This document shows positions 10,089 through 19,781 of a stretch of 64,000 nucleotides of DNA, in pieces; position 1 is the stretch's first letter; every line of letters begins with the position of its first letter. Under the pieces are notes generated by a model. That model saw nothing but the letters and a program-made list of their open reading frames with translations. It was not told where the DNA came from and ran no database searches. The translations under genes and the position numbers were made by a program. The DNA lies in IMG/VR virus record IMGVR_UViG_3300046804_003469, positions 1 through 64,000 of that record; one strand, written 5' to 3'.

Positions 10089-11132
10089 ATGAACGAACTA
10101 AAACTAATTCCCAATGAACAAAAATATTGGGAGTTTATTCGGGAATTGAGATTTCATCCAAATAATCTTTCGGGATTTGTTATTTCTGAAGAAGTAACAA
10201 CTGAACAACAAATTGAATACATGAAAAAATATAATGATACTTATTTTATTTGTTTGGATGAATCTGAAAATCCTGTAGGATTTATTGGTGAAGTTGATAA
10301 TGATATTCGTTTAGCAGTACATCCAGATTCCAAAGGAAAAGGAATTGGTAAGTACATGTTAAATGAATTCATGAAGACTCATCCTTTTGCCACTGCTAAA
10401 ATCTTATCAGATAATACAGCAAGTCTTAAAACCTTTTATTCATGTGGATTTATCTCACATAAGTTTGATGGAAAGTTTTTCTATCTTACAAAAACTGAAC
10501 ACGGATATTATAAGATCAAACATAATCCATACAAAATTGTGAGAATGTTTGAAGAATCAATTGCAGATTACACTGGTGCTCCTTATGCAATTTCTGTAGA
10601 TAGTTGTACCAATGCTTTGTTTTTATGTTGTAAATATCTGGAAGTTAAAGATGTAATGATTCCATCAAAGACTTATCTTTCTGTTCCAGAATCAATTATG
10701 CAAGCAGGAGGAAATGTAATCTTTGATACTGAAAGAAATAATTGGACTGGAACATATCAATTGAAACCGTATCCAATATGGGATTCTGCTAAAAGATTAA
10801 CTTCGAATATGTACATTCCAGGATCTTTCATGTGCTTATCTTTCCACATCAAAAAAACTTTAAAGATTGGTAAAGGTGGAATAATTTTAACTGATGATGA
10901 AAATGCTGTAGAATGGTTTAAAAAAGCAAGATACGAAGGAAGAAGCGAAAAATTATACAAAGAAGATAACATTCAGACCGAAGGGTGGAATATGTATATG
11001 ACACCTCAACAAGCAGCACACGGTCTTTGTCTATTACAAAACTACCCACTTCATGTACCAGATCTAGGTGAAGAGAACGGATATTCTGATCTTCGTCAAT
11101 TTGATTTATTTTCTAAATGTGATGTGGTATAA
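10089..11132 (+). CDS. GNAT acetyltransferase fused to a DegT-family aminotransferase
   Basis: N-terminal VHPDSKGKGIG and NTASLKTF GNAT motifs; C-terminal VDSCTNAL, DSA, SFHIKK, GKGGIIL. Confidence 0.8.
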   Translation: MNELKLIPNEQKYWEFIRELRFHPNNLSGFVISEEVTTEQQIEYMKKYNDTYFICLDESENPVGFIGEVDNDIRLAVHPDSKGKGIGKYMLNEFMKTHPFATAKILSDNTASLKTFYSCGFISHKFDGKFFYLTKTEHGYYKIKHNPYKIVRMFEESIADYTGAPYAISVDSCTNALFLCCKYLEVKDVMIPSKTYLSVPESIMQAGGNVIFDTERNNWTGTYQLKPYPIWDSAKRLTSNMYIPGSFMCLSFHIKKTLKIGKGGIILTDDENAVEWFKKARYEGRSEKLYKEDNIQTEGWNMYMTPQQAAHGLCLLQNYPLHVPDLGEENGYSDLRQFDLFSKCDVV

Positions 11133-11134
11133 TA
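11120..11134 (+). promoter_or_regulatory. Extended -10 promoter TGATGTGGTATAATA
   Basis: Identical to 6412-6426; about 25 nt before ORF 11159. Confidence 0.6.
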
Positions 11135-11158
11135 TACGAAAACTTTATTAAGAGAATT

Positions 11159-11911
11159 ATGAGCAAAAGTATTACAGTTATTTTAAATGGTTACAAAAGA
11201 AATAATCTGAAAGAACAAGTAGAAGCAATTAGAAATCAAACAGTTCCTGTCCAAGAAATTTTTTATTGGCAAAACACTGTACCTGGATTCTCTTATGATG
11301 AAGATACTTATTCTGAATTAAATTCTGCCCTTAGTAACTATAATTATGGTGTTTGGGCAAGATTTGCATATGCATTGAATGCAAGGACTGATTATGTTTG
11401 TGTATTTGATGATGATACTATTCCTGGAAATAAGTGGCTAGAGAATTGTTTAAACACTTATGAAACACATCCTGGTCTTTTGGGTGGAATTGGTCTCTGG
11501 TTTAAAAATAAAAACTATGAGTTAGAGACTCTTGAAGATGGACAACCTGCCAGATTTGGGTGGCATGTTAATAATAACGCTACAGTTCAAGTTGATATTG
11601 TTGGTCATTCTTGGTTTTTCTCTAGAGATCTTCTTTCAGTATTTTGGAGAGAAATGCCTGAGAAACATTGGACAATGTTGTGTGGAGAAGATATTCATTT
11701 CTCGCATATGATTCAAAAATACACTGATCTTAAAACATGGGTTCCTCCACATCCTTCAAATGATACTTCTATGTGGAGTAGTTTAAAGGCACTTCAATAT
11801 GGTGGAGATCATTTGGCAACAGCAAATATTACAGTTCAAACTGGTGAGATGGCTCAATATCTTTCTTATTGTGTTGATAATGGATTTAAACTTCTTAAAG
11901 ATTTAAAATGA
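11159..11911 (+). CDS. GT-A fold (GT2-like) glycosyltransferase
   Basis: ITVILNGYKR, VCVFDDDTIPG, GEDIHFS. Confidence 0.7.
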   Translation: MSKSITVILNGYKRNNLKEQVEAIRNQTVPVQEIFYWQNTVPGFSYDEDTYSELNSALSNYNYGVWARFAYALNARTDYVCVFDDDTIPGNKWLENCLNTYETHPGLLGGIGLWFKNKNYELETLEDGQPARFGWHVNNNATVQVDIVGHSWFFSRDLLSVFWREMPEKHWTMLCGEDIHFSHMIQKYTDLKTWVPPHPSNDTSMWSSLKALQYGGDHLATANITVQTGEMAQYLSYCVDNGFKLLKDLK

Positions 11912-12783
11912 TTAATATTTTTTATTCTGATTCATATTTTGGATATACAAATAGAATGTGTGGTCCAAAAAAAGTTGTTTGTAATTTAATTGAATCTTTA
12001 GAACAGGAAAAAGTACCTTATTCAATTAATGAAGATGTTTATGATTATAATTTCTTACTTCAATATGATGCAATAGGTTATCAAAAACATGAAAATTTAG
12101 AGCATGAAAGTTGTGTTATAGGACCACAATTCTGGCCTTTTGATGGAGATATCTATGGTAATTTTCTAATTGATAACCCACAATACTATAAAAAGTTAAT
12201 TGCTCCATCTTATTGGGTCAAAGATTTATTGGTAGATAAGTTTAAATTACCAGAAAATAAAGTTTCTATTTGGCCAGTTGGAATCAAAGATCTTTCTGGA
12301 ATTAAAAATGAGACAAGTACAACTGATTGTTTAATCTATTTCAAATCTCGTTCAGAAGAGGATCTTGAATTTGTTAAGAACTTTTTAAACTATAAGAGAA
12401 TTACCTATAAAGTAATCGGGTATGGATCTTATTCTGAGGAGGAATTTTATGAAGAACTTTCAAAAGTAAAATTTTGTTTTATCTTAAATCATACTGAAAG
12501 TCAAGGTATTGCAATTCAGGAAATGATGTCAGCAAATATTCCTCTTCTTGTTTGGGATGTTCCATATTGGGATCACAAAGGAGAAGAATATAAACTTCCA
12601 TCTAGTTCTGTTCCTTATTGGAATTCCGAATGTGGAGAAAAGTTTTATACTGCCTTTGACATTGAATCGACTTTTGAAAAATTCTATGATAAAATGGAAC
12701 AGTACAGTTCTAGAAAAATATACGATACTGAGTTATCTTATAAAGTTACTGTTGAAAAAATATTAAAAATTTTTGAAGAATGA
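11908..12783 (+). CDS. GT-B fold (GT4-like) glycosyltransferase
   Basis: ESQGIAIQEMMS (Ex7E motif), IAPSYWV. Confidence 0.7.
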   Translation: MINIFYSDSYFGYTNRMCGPKKVVCNLIESLEQEKVPYSINEDVYDYNFLLQYDAIGYQKHENLEHESCVIGPQFWPFDGDIYGNFLIDNPQYYKKLIAPSYWVKDLLVDKFKLPENKVSIWPVGIKDLSGIKNETSTTDCLIYFKSRSEEDLEFVKNFLNYKRITYKVIGYGSYSEEEFYEELSKVKFCFILNHTESQGIAIQEMMSANIPLLVWDVPYWDHKGEEYKLPSSSVPYWNSECGEKFYTAFDIESTFEKFYDKMEQYSSRKIYDTELSYKVTVEKILKIFEE

Positions 12784-13469
12784 AAATTTGTATTCTCACG
12801 ATTGCTACTAATAAGTATCTTCAATTTGTAGAAAAACTCTATGATAATATTGAAGAAAGATTTTTAAATGGACATGAAATTAGTTGCTTGTTATTTACAG
12901 ATCATGAAGTAGAAACTTCAGAAAATATCAAAGTACATTATATTGATCATGAACCTTGGCCTATGCCAACACTTAAAAGATATAATTACTTTTTAAAGGA
13001 AAAGGATTTTATTCTTCAGCATGATTATTGTTTTTATTTCGATGCAGATATGAGGATTGATAATCCTGTTGGAGATGAAATTCTTGGTGATTTAGTAGGT
13101 ACTAAACATCCATATCAATCCTTTCATAAACTTGATGAAATGTCTTATGAGAGGAGACCAGAATCTTTAGCATATGTTCCTTATGGTGAAGGTGAAACTT
13201 ATTATGCTGGAGGATTTAATGGTGGAAAAACAACAAGATTCTTGGAGATGGCAGAAGTAATTGCCAATAATGTAAATAGGGATCTTGAGAACAATATAGT
13301 TGCAGTATGGCATGATGAAAGTCATATGAATAGATATATGATTGATAATCCACCAACCTTAAGTTTAACTCCATCGTATTGTTATGCTGAAGAATTTTAT
13401 GGAACGGATTATCCATATGAACCAAAAATTATTGCATTAAAGAAGAATCACAATGAACTTAGATCTTAG
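12780..13469 (+). CDS. GT6 (ABO-type alpha-1,3-Gal/GalNAc transferase family)
   Basis: IATNKY, WPMPTLKRY, FDADM, YYAGGFNGG, WHDESHMNRY. Confidence 0.9.
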   Translation: MKICILTIATNKYLQFVEKLYDNIEERFLNGHEISCLLFTDHEVETSENIKVHYIDHEPWPMPTLKRYNYFLKEKDFILQHDYCFYFDADMRIDNPVGDEILGDLVGTKHPYQSFHKLDEMSYERRPESLAYVPYGEGETYYAGGFNGGKTTRFLEMAEVIANNVNRDLENNIVAVWHDESHMNRYMIDNPPTLSLTPSYCYAEEFYGTDYPYEPKIIALKKNHNELRS

Positions 13470-14097
13470 AGAAATTCCTGCTGTTTATTTAAATCTTGAA
13501 AAGCATACTGAAAAAAATGAAAGTATGCAAAATCTTCTTAAAGAATGTGGATTTAAAAATATTATTCGGGTAGAGGGAGTTGCAAGACCAGATAACACTG
13601 TTGCTGGATGTTCTGCTGCTCATTATAAAGGACTTGGTGAAATTGATCCTCCATTTATTCTTTTTGAGGATGATTGTGTAATTAAAAATTTTAGACCAGT
13701 AATTGAGATCCCAGATGATGCTGATGCAGTTTATCTTGGAATTTCATCATGGGGTAGAATGAATGGTCATTCGGGACCTTACCTTCAATATAAACATATT
13801 AAAGATGATTTATACCAAGTTTATAATATGCTTGGTGGTCATGCGATCTTGTATTTAACTGAAGATTATGTTAAAATGTGCCAGAGAATTACATATCATG
13901 CTGGTTATATAATCGAAGATTATCAAGATATTGGATTTGCTGAAGTTCAGCGTTGGTTTAATGTTTATACGTTTGATGATCCATTCTTTTTCCAAACAAG
14001 TGGATACCATGGAACTGTAAATCCACTTACAAGTTATCCTACAGAAGAATGTTTCAAATATGATAAAAACTATTTCTTACCTGAGAGAGTTGTATGA
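13453..14097 (+). CDS. GT25-like glycosyltransferase
   Basis: VYLNL, GCSAAH, ILFEDD, DAVYLG, GHAILY. Confidence 0.65.
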   Translation: MNLDLREIPAVYLNLEKHTEKNESMQNLLKECGFKNIIRVEGVARPDNTVAGCSAAHYKGLGEIDPPFILFEDDCVIKNFRPVIEIPDDADAVYLGISSWGRMNGHSGPYLQYKHIKDDLYQVYNMLGGHAILYLTEDYVKMCQRITYHAGYIIEDYQDIGFAEVQRWFNVYTFDDPFFFQTSGYHGTVNPLTSYPTEECFKYDKNYFLPERVV

Positions 14098-14993
14098 TTA
14101 AAAGTTTAGTTACTGGTGGTGCTGGATTTATTGGTTCAAACCTCGTAGACCGTTTACTTGAAATGGGACACGAGGTTGTTGTAATTGATAATGAGTACTC
14201 TGATGCTCATGATCAATTTTATTGGAATGATAAAGCACAAAACTATAAGTATGATATTCGTGATTATAAAAATACTCGACCTTTGTATGATGGAGTAGAT
14301 TATGTATTTCATATTGCAGCAGAGGCACGTATTCAACCAGCAATTTTAAATCCTATTGAAGCAGTAAGTATTAATTCTGTTGGAACTTGTACTGTTCTTC
14401 AGTGTGCTCGTGAAGCAGGCGTTAAACGTGTAATGTATTCTTCTACATCTTCTGCATATGGAACTAACCAACCTCCAAATGTGGAAACTCAACCAGACGA
14501 TTGTTTAAATCCTTATTCAGTTTCTAAGGTGAATGGTGAAAAACTATGTAAGATGTATACAGATCTCTTTGGATTACCTACAGTTATCTTTAGGTATTTC
14601 AATGTATATGGTGAAAGGCAACCTTTAAGAGGTCAATATGCTCCTGTAATTGGTATTTTCCTCCGTCAACGTGCTGCTGGAGAACCTTTAACTATTGTTG
14701 GTGATGGAGAACAACGTAGAGATTTTACTTACGTTGGAGATGTTGTAAATGCTAATGTTATGGCAGCAATTTCAAATCCAGATCCAGAAGCATTTGGACA
14801 AGTTTATAATGTAGGAACTAATAATAATTATTCAATCAATCAAATTGCAAGAATGTTTGATCATCAAACTGTAAATATTGCTCCTAGACCTGGAGAAACT
14901 AAATTAAGTCTTGCAAACAACCAAAAAATTAAAAAAACATTTGGTTGGCAACCAACTGTAAAACTTGAAAATTGGATACAAGAAAACTTATGA
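14094..14993 (+). CDS. NAD-dependent NDP-sugar 4-epimerase (GalE/WbpP-like)
   Basis: TGGAGFIGS, SSTSSAYG, YSVSK, RYFNVYG, GDGEQRRDF. Confidence 0.9.
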   Translation: MIKSLVTGGAGFIGSNLVDRLLEMGHEVVVIDNEYSDAHDQFYWNDKAQNYKYDIRDYKNTRPLYDGVDYVFHIAAEARIQPAILNPIEAVSINSVGTCTVLQCAREAGVKRVMYSSTSSAYGTNQPPNVETQPDDCLNPYSVSKVNGEKLCKMYTDLFGLPTVIFRYFNVYGERQPLRGQYAPVIGIFLRQRAAGEPLTIVGDGEQRRDFTYVGDVVNANVMAAISNPDPEAFGQVYNVGTNNNYSINQIARMFDHQTVNIAPRPGETKLSLANNQKIKKTFGWQPTVKLENWIQENL

Positions 14994-15745
14994 ATCGTAT
15001 TACTGATTATTCTGAATTGCAAAATAATATTGTAACTTGGATTAAAGAATATGCTAATTCTAATGGCATTGAATCTCTTGTAGTGGGAATTTCTGGAGGA
15101 ATCGATTCTTCAGTTGTTTCCACTCTTTGTGCTGAGACAGGACTTCCTACTTATGCTTTGTCTATGCCTTTGATGCAAATTTCATCTCAATCTGAATTAT
15201 CTAATACACACCGAGAATTTCTTTCAAAGAAATATAATAATGTAATTTCACTCAAAATTGATTTATCAACAACCTACAATCAGTTTTTAACAGCATCTAG
15301 ATTTTGGTTAGGTGAAGATATGGTCTCCAATAATTTAGCATTGGCAAATACAAAATCTCGTCTTCGTATGGTGACTCTTTATCAAGTTGCTGGATCCGTT
15401 AAGGGTATTGTTGTTGGTACTGGTAATAAAGTCGAAGATTATGGTGTAGGATTCTATACTAAATATGGTGACGGAGGAGTTGACATTGCTCCTATTGCTG
15501 ATCTTTATAAAACTGAAGTATGGGAACTTGGAAAGCATCTTGGTGTAGATCAACGTATTATTGATGCACAACCTACAGATGGTCTCTGGGAAGACGGAAG
15601 AACCGATGAAAATCAAATCGGTGCTTCCTATGCTGAACTTGAAGAAGCAATGGAAAATGGAACTGGTCCTGCAGTTGAAATACTTAAAAAATTCAACGCA
15701 CAAAATAAACACAAAATGATTTCTATTCCTACATTTAAACTATGA
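14990..15745 (+). CDS. nadE: NH3-dependent NAD+ synthetase
   Basis: GISGGIDS PP-loop, NTKSRLRM, GTGNKVE, GFYTKYGDG, PIADLYKTEV, PTDGLW..TDE. Confidence 0.9.
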   Translation: MNRITDYSELQNNIVTWIKEYANSNGIESLVVGISGGIDSSVVSTLCAETGLPTYALSMPLMQISSQSELSNTHREFLSKKYNNVISLKIDLSTTYNQFLTASRFWLGEDMVSNNLALANTKSRLRMVTLYQVAGSVKGIVVGTGNKVEDYGVGFYTKYGDGGVDIAPIADLYKTEVWELGKHLGVDQRIIDAQPTDGLWEDGRTDENQIGASYAELEEAMENGTGPAVEILKKFNAQNKHKMISIPTFKL

Positions 15746-16893
15746 AGATTGGAGTTATCGGAGCAGGAAGACTTGGCATTTGCTTTGCTCTTCTAATGGA
15801 AAAAGCAGGATACGATATATTGGTATCTGATATTCGTGAGAATTATGTTAATGATCTAAACAATAAAAAGATCATAACAAATGAACCTCATGTCCAAGAA
15901 CTGCTGTCAAATTCTAAAAAAATTGTGGCAACTACGGACAATAAAAAAGTAATTGAAGAGTGTGATATTATTTTTACTTTAGTTGCTACACCTTCTCTTC
16001 CTGATGGCAGTTACGATGTAAGTTCCGTTTGGGAAGTTATTGACGACATTCAAAATTCTGAAAAGTCGAGAAATAAATTATTTGTTGTTGGTTGTACAAC
16101 AAATCCAGGAGACTGTGAGAAGTTCCAGGAAGAACTTTTACCTTATAGTGTTGATGTATTATATAATCCAGAATTTATTGCACAAGGATCTATTATCAAT
16201 GATCTTGAAAATGCAGACATGGTTTTGATTGGTGGTAATAATCCTTCCAACATTGAAAAGATTAAAGAAATTTATTATAAGATTCAAATCAACAAACCAA
16301 ATATTTGTACAATGTCTCCTAAGGCAGGTGAAATTACAAAAATTGCTATCAACTGCTTCTTAACTTCAAAGATTAGTTTTGCCAATATGATTGGTGAAGT
16401 GATGTGTTTATCTGGAATGGAAGATGAAGTATCTGACGTTCTAACTGCAATTGGAAGTGATACAAGAATAGGAGGAAAATATCTGAAATATGGATATGGA
16501 TTTGGTGGTCCATGTTTCCCTAGAGATAATAGATCCTTTGCTTCTTATGCTGAAAGCGTTGGATGTCAATTTAATATTGGAAGAACTACTGATAATTTTA
16601 ATAAAAAGCATGTAGAGTTTTTAAAAAATTATTTTATAAACAAAAACTCAAATAATGAACCATATTACTTTGATTATATTTCTTATAAGAAGGGAACTGA
16701 TATACTGATAGAAAGTCAACAATATCAATTGTGTTTAGAATTATTGAATTCTGGATATGTAGTTTATGTAAATGATATAGAATCTGTTGTTGAACAAGTT
16801 AAAGAATCGTTAGAAAATAAATTTTATGATAGAATTAGATTTGTCAAAGATGAATCTGAGTTACCAGAAAAAATTTTAAAAATTAAATTTTAA
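15742..16893 (+). CDS. ugd: UDP-glucose 6-dehydrogenase family protein
   Basis: GAGRLG, VATPS, NPEFIAQG, KISFAN, GFGGPCFPRD. Confidence 0.8.
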   Translation: MKIGVIGAGRLGICFALLMEKAGYDILVSDIRENYVNDLNNKKIITNEPHVQELLSNSKKIVATTDNKKVIEECDIIFTLVATPSLPDGSYDVSSVWEVIDDIQNSEKSRNKLFVVGCTTNPGDCEKFQEELLPYSVDVLYNPEFIAQGSIINDLENADMVLIGGNNPSNIEKIKEIYYKIQINKPNICTMSPKAGEITKIAINCFLTSKISFANMIGEVMCLSGMEDEVSDVLTAIGSDTRIGGKYLKYGYGFGGPCFPRDNRSFASYAESVGCQFNIGRTTDNFNKKHVEFLKNYFINKNSNNEPYYFDYISYKKGTDILIESQQYQLCLELLNSGYVVYVNDIESVVEQVKESLENKFYDRIRFVKDESELPEKILKIKF

Positions 16894-16898
16894 GACTT

Positions 16899-17750
16899 AT
16901 GAAAATAACTATACTTGGTTCTAGTGGTCAAATTGGAACTTACCTTACAGAATATTTGCGTGAAAAGGGTCACTATGTTTACGAGTTTGATGTTGTAAAC
17001 AATCCTCATGAGGATATGACTCAGATTCCAAATCCTCTTTTGGAAGAAAGAATTGCAGATTCTGATTTTGTATTCTTCCTTGCATTTGATGTTGGTGGAT
17101 CTCGTTATCTTAAAAAGTACCAACATACTTTCCAATTTATTAATAATAATTGCCGTTTGATGGCAAATGCTTTTACTATACTTCAGAAGTATAATAAGAG
17201 ATTTATTTTTGCTTCGTCTCAGATGAGCAATATGAGTTATTCTCCTTATGGAGTTCTTAAGAACGTTGGAGAACTTTATACTAAATCCTTGAATGGTTTG
17301 ATTGTAAAGTTTTGGAATGTCTATGGTATTGAAAAGGATCATGAAAAAGCACATGTCATCACAGACTTTATTCGTAAAGGATTTGAGACTGGTGTGATTG
17401 ATATGATGACTGATGGTGAAGAAGAAAGAGATTTTCTTTATGCTGAAGACTGCTGTGAAGCATTAGAAATAGTGATGGAAAAATATACTGAATTTACATA
17501 TGAAGATGATCTTCATATTACAAGTTTCAAAAACACTAAAATTAGAGATGTTGCCAGTATTATATCTGGACAGTTTAATTTGATTGGAATGCATGACGTA
17601 AAAGTTCAACCATCAGAAGAAAAAGATAGTGTTCAATTAGATAAAAGAAATCAAGCGAGTACTTTTATTACAAAATGGTGGATTCCAAAGACAACAATTG
17701 ATCAAGGTATTGCAAAAGTATTTGAGGAAATGAAGAATGATCGGAAATAA
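16899..17750 (+). CDS. NAD-dependent epimerase/dehydratase
   Basis: LGSSGQIG, FASSQ, YGVLK, NVYG, DGEEERDFLY. Confidence 0.8.
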   Translation: MKITILGSSGQIGTYLTEYLREKGHYVYEFDVVNNPHEDMTQIPNPLLEERIADSDFVFFLAFDVGGSRYLKKYQHTFQFINNNCRLMANAFTILQKYNKRFIFASSQMSNMSYSPYGVLKNVGELYTKSLNGLIVKFWNVYGIEKDHEKAHVITDFIRKGFETGVIDMMTDGEEERDFLYAEDCCEALEIVMEKYTEFTYEDDLHITSFKNTKIRDVASIISGQFNLIGMHDVKVQPSEEKDSVQLDKRNQASTFITKWWIPKTTIDQGIAKVFEEMKNDRK

Positions 17751-18591
17751 TACTATTGGTACAATGGGACGTTTGGGAAATCAAATGTTTCAGTATGCAT
17801 CATTAAAGGGAATTGCTGTCAATAATGGATTTGAGTATACAATACCGCCACAAAATCCTCAGATTCAAATTGATAATTATGGTCTTTTAGAGGCATTTGA
17901 ATTATCCACCAATAAAAATATTGGTTGGAGTGAATCTGAGTTTGGAATACAGGAAAGGTTCTTTCATTTCGATGAAGAACTTTTTAACAATTGTAGGGAT
18001 GATGTAAATTTGGTCGGATTTTTTCAATCTGAAAAGTACTTTAAACATATTGAAAAAGAACTTCGTCAGGATTTTACTTTTAAATCGGATTGGTTAACTC
18101 CATGTCTTGAATTTAGAAAAGAATTTGAAAATCAAGAAGTTTTGTTTCTTCATGTTCGTAGGGGAGATCCAAATCTTTCTGATAAACGTGGGTTTAAATG
18201 GGCGTATGTGAATCTTCAGGATCAACATCCTGTTCAATCTTTAGAATATTATGAACAGGCATTGAAAGAATTTCCTGAAGATATGCCAGTGATTGTTTTT
18301 TCTGATTCAATTGAATGGTGTAAAGAGCAAGAAATTTTTAAACCAGATAGGTTTATGTTCTCTGAACCTGAGCATAAACATTCTGATGGTGCTTTAGTTC
18401 CTTACACTGATTTATGCTTGATGTCTTTATGTGATCATGCTATAATTGCGAATAGTTCTATGAGTTGGTGGGGTGCCTGGTTAATTAAAAATCCAAATAA
18501 AAAAGTAATTGCACCAAAAACTTGGTTTGGATCTGCCTATGCAGATAAAGATACTAAAGATCTTTATTGTGAAAATTGGATAGTACTATGA
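17737..18591 (+). CDS. GT11 alpha-1,2-fucosyltransferase-like
   Basis: GRLGNQMFQYA, GFFQSEKYF, HVRRGD, NSSMSWWGAW. Confidence 0.9.
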   Translation: MIGNNTIGTMGRLGNQMFQYASLKGIAVNNGFEYTIPPQNPQIQIDNYGLLEAFELSTNKNIGWSESEFGIQERFFHFDEELFNNCRDDVNLVGFFQSEKYFKHIEKELRQDFTFKSDWLTPCLEFRKEFENQEVLFLHVRRGDPNLSDKRGFKWAYVNLQDQHPVQSLEYYEQALKEFPEDMPVIVFSDSIEWCKEQEIFKPDRFMFSEPEHKHSDGALVPYTDLCLMSLCDHAIIANSSMSWWGAWLIKNPNKKVIAPKTWFGSAYADKDTKDLYCENWIVL

Positions 18592-18601
18592 AAATCTGAA
18601 G

Positions 18602-18865
18602 ATGATTAGAAAAATAAGAGTATTTTTATGGAGTATAGCTTTTGAATTAGAAAATATACTATACCCATATAGTGCATTTTCTGAAGAAGACTATTATATT
18701 AAAGTAAAAAATGATGAGACTGGTGAAAACTATTTGATTATAGATTGGATCAAAGCACACAAAGAACAAATAGAAAGATTACAAGAAGAAATGATATGGG
18801 TAAAATCTGAGTTGAATAGAATTCAAGAATCAATCAAAAATCATGACGATTATGGACAAAAATAA
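18602..18865 (+). CDS. Hypothetical protein with coiled-coil C-terminus
   Basis: Fills the operon gap; heptad pattern. Confidence 0.55.
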   Translation: MIRKIRVFLWSIAFELENILYPYSAFSEEDYYIKVKNDETGENYLIIDWIKAHKEQIERLQEEMIWVKSELNRIQESIKNHDDYGQK

Positions 18866-19658
18866 ATCAGCATACAAACTTAAAAATTTTGGGCCAGTAT
18901 ATTACCTAAATCTGGATGGTCAACCAGAAAGGGCACAATATATGGAGGATCAATTTAAGTATTGGGAAGTTGAAAACTACACTCGTATTTCTGCCTATGA
19001 TGGTAGAGAAGATGATTTGGGTGATATTATTAAAGGTAAATATCCAGATATGATGACATCTGGAGAAGTTGGATGCGTTACATCACACCTTAAAGCAATT
19101 AAGCATTGGTATGAAACTTCAGATAGTCCTTATGCGATTATTATGGAAGATGATTGTAATTTAGATCCAGTAAGATTTTGGAATTTTACTTGGGATGATT
19201 TTATTTGTAGAGTACCATATGATTGGGATGTAGTTCAAATTGCAATCATTTGTACTGGAGATATTCACGTAAGACTTCATAAGAGGTTTGTGAATGATTT
19301 CTCCACTGCTTGTTATATTATAAATCGTCATCATGCTGAAAAACTTTTAAAACATCATATTCGTGGTGACAAATATAAACTTGATAATGGTGTAAAACCT
19401 CGTCCTGTTGCTGATGATTTGATCTATAATTCTGGAAATACCTATAGCATTCCTCTACTTTTATATAAAATTGAATTGGGTTCTTCAATTCATCCTGAAC
19501 ATATTGACATTTTCCACAGAGCAAGTCATGATGGACTTGTCAATTTCTGGACTCAAAATGGAGCACAGTTTGCTATTGAATCTTTAATGGATTATGATCC
19601 ATATTTGGGGAGAGTTGTTGAAAATACCGCTGCTCAACAAGCACAACAACCCTCTTGA
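18843..19658 (+). CDS. GT25 (LPS-biosynthesis) glycosyltransferase
   Basis: YYLNLD..ER, RISAYDG, GEVGCVTSHL, IMEDD, STACYII. Confidence 0.85.
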   Translation: MTIMDKNKSAYKLKNFGPVYYLNLDGQPERAQYMEDQFKYWEVENYTRISAYDGREDDLGDIIKGKYPDMMTSGEVGCVTSHLKAIKHWYETSDSPYAIIMEDDCNLDPVRFWNFTWDDFICRVPYDWDVVQIAIICTGDIHVRLHKRFVNDFSTACYIINRHHAEKLLKHHIRGDKYKLDNGVKPRPVADDLIYNSGNTYSIPLLLYKIELGSSIHPEHIDIFHRASHDGLVNFWTQNGAQFAIESLMDYDPYLGRVVENTAAQQAQQPS

Positions 19659-19712
19659 CATGATTGAAAAAGTAGTTTAGGATATAAACCAATCTTAATA
19701 TTTAATTAAGAC
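19655..19712 (+). promoter_or_regulatory. Sigma70-type promoter TTGACA-17-TAGGAT followed by degenerate Pho-box-like repeats
   Basis: TTGACA 19655, TAGGAT 19678; CTTAATAT 19694 and ATTAAGAC 19705 are 11 nt apart. Confidence 0.5.
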
Positions 19713-19781
19713 TCCTAAATAACGAAGACTTCTTTTTGTAAGAATTCTTTACATTTGTCGTTTAGTACACAAAACAAATTT

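Noticed and set aside
1-19658. Glycan island as host contamination, or as a DNA-modification pathway
   Set aside because: Composition and gene packing are continuous with the phage genes, and no hydroxymethylase or DNA glucosyltransferase motif was recognised. The glycan target remains unknown.
19738-19752. Possible NtcA site upstream of the porin
   Set aside because: Spacing is GTA-N9-TAC, not the required N8.
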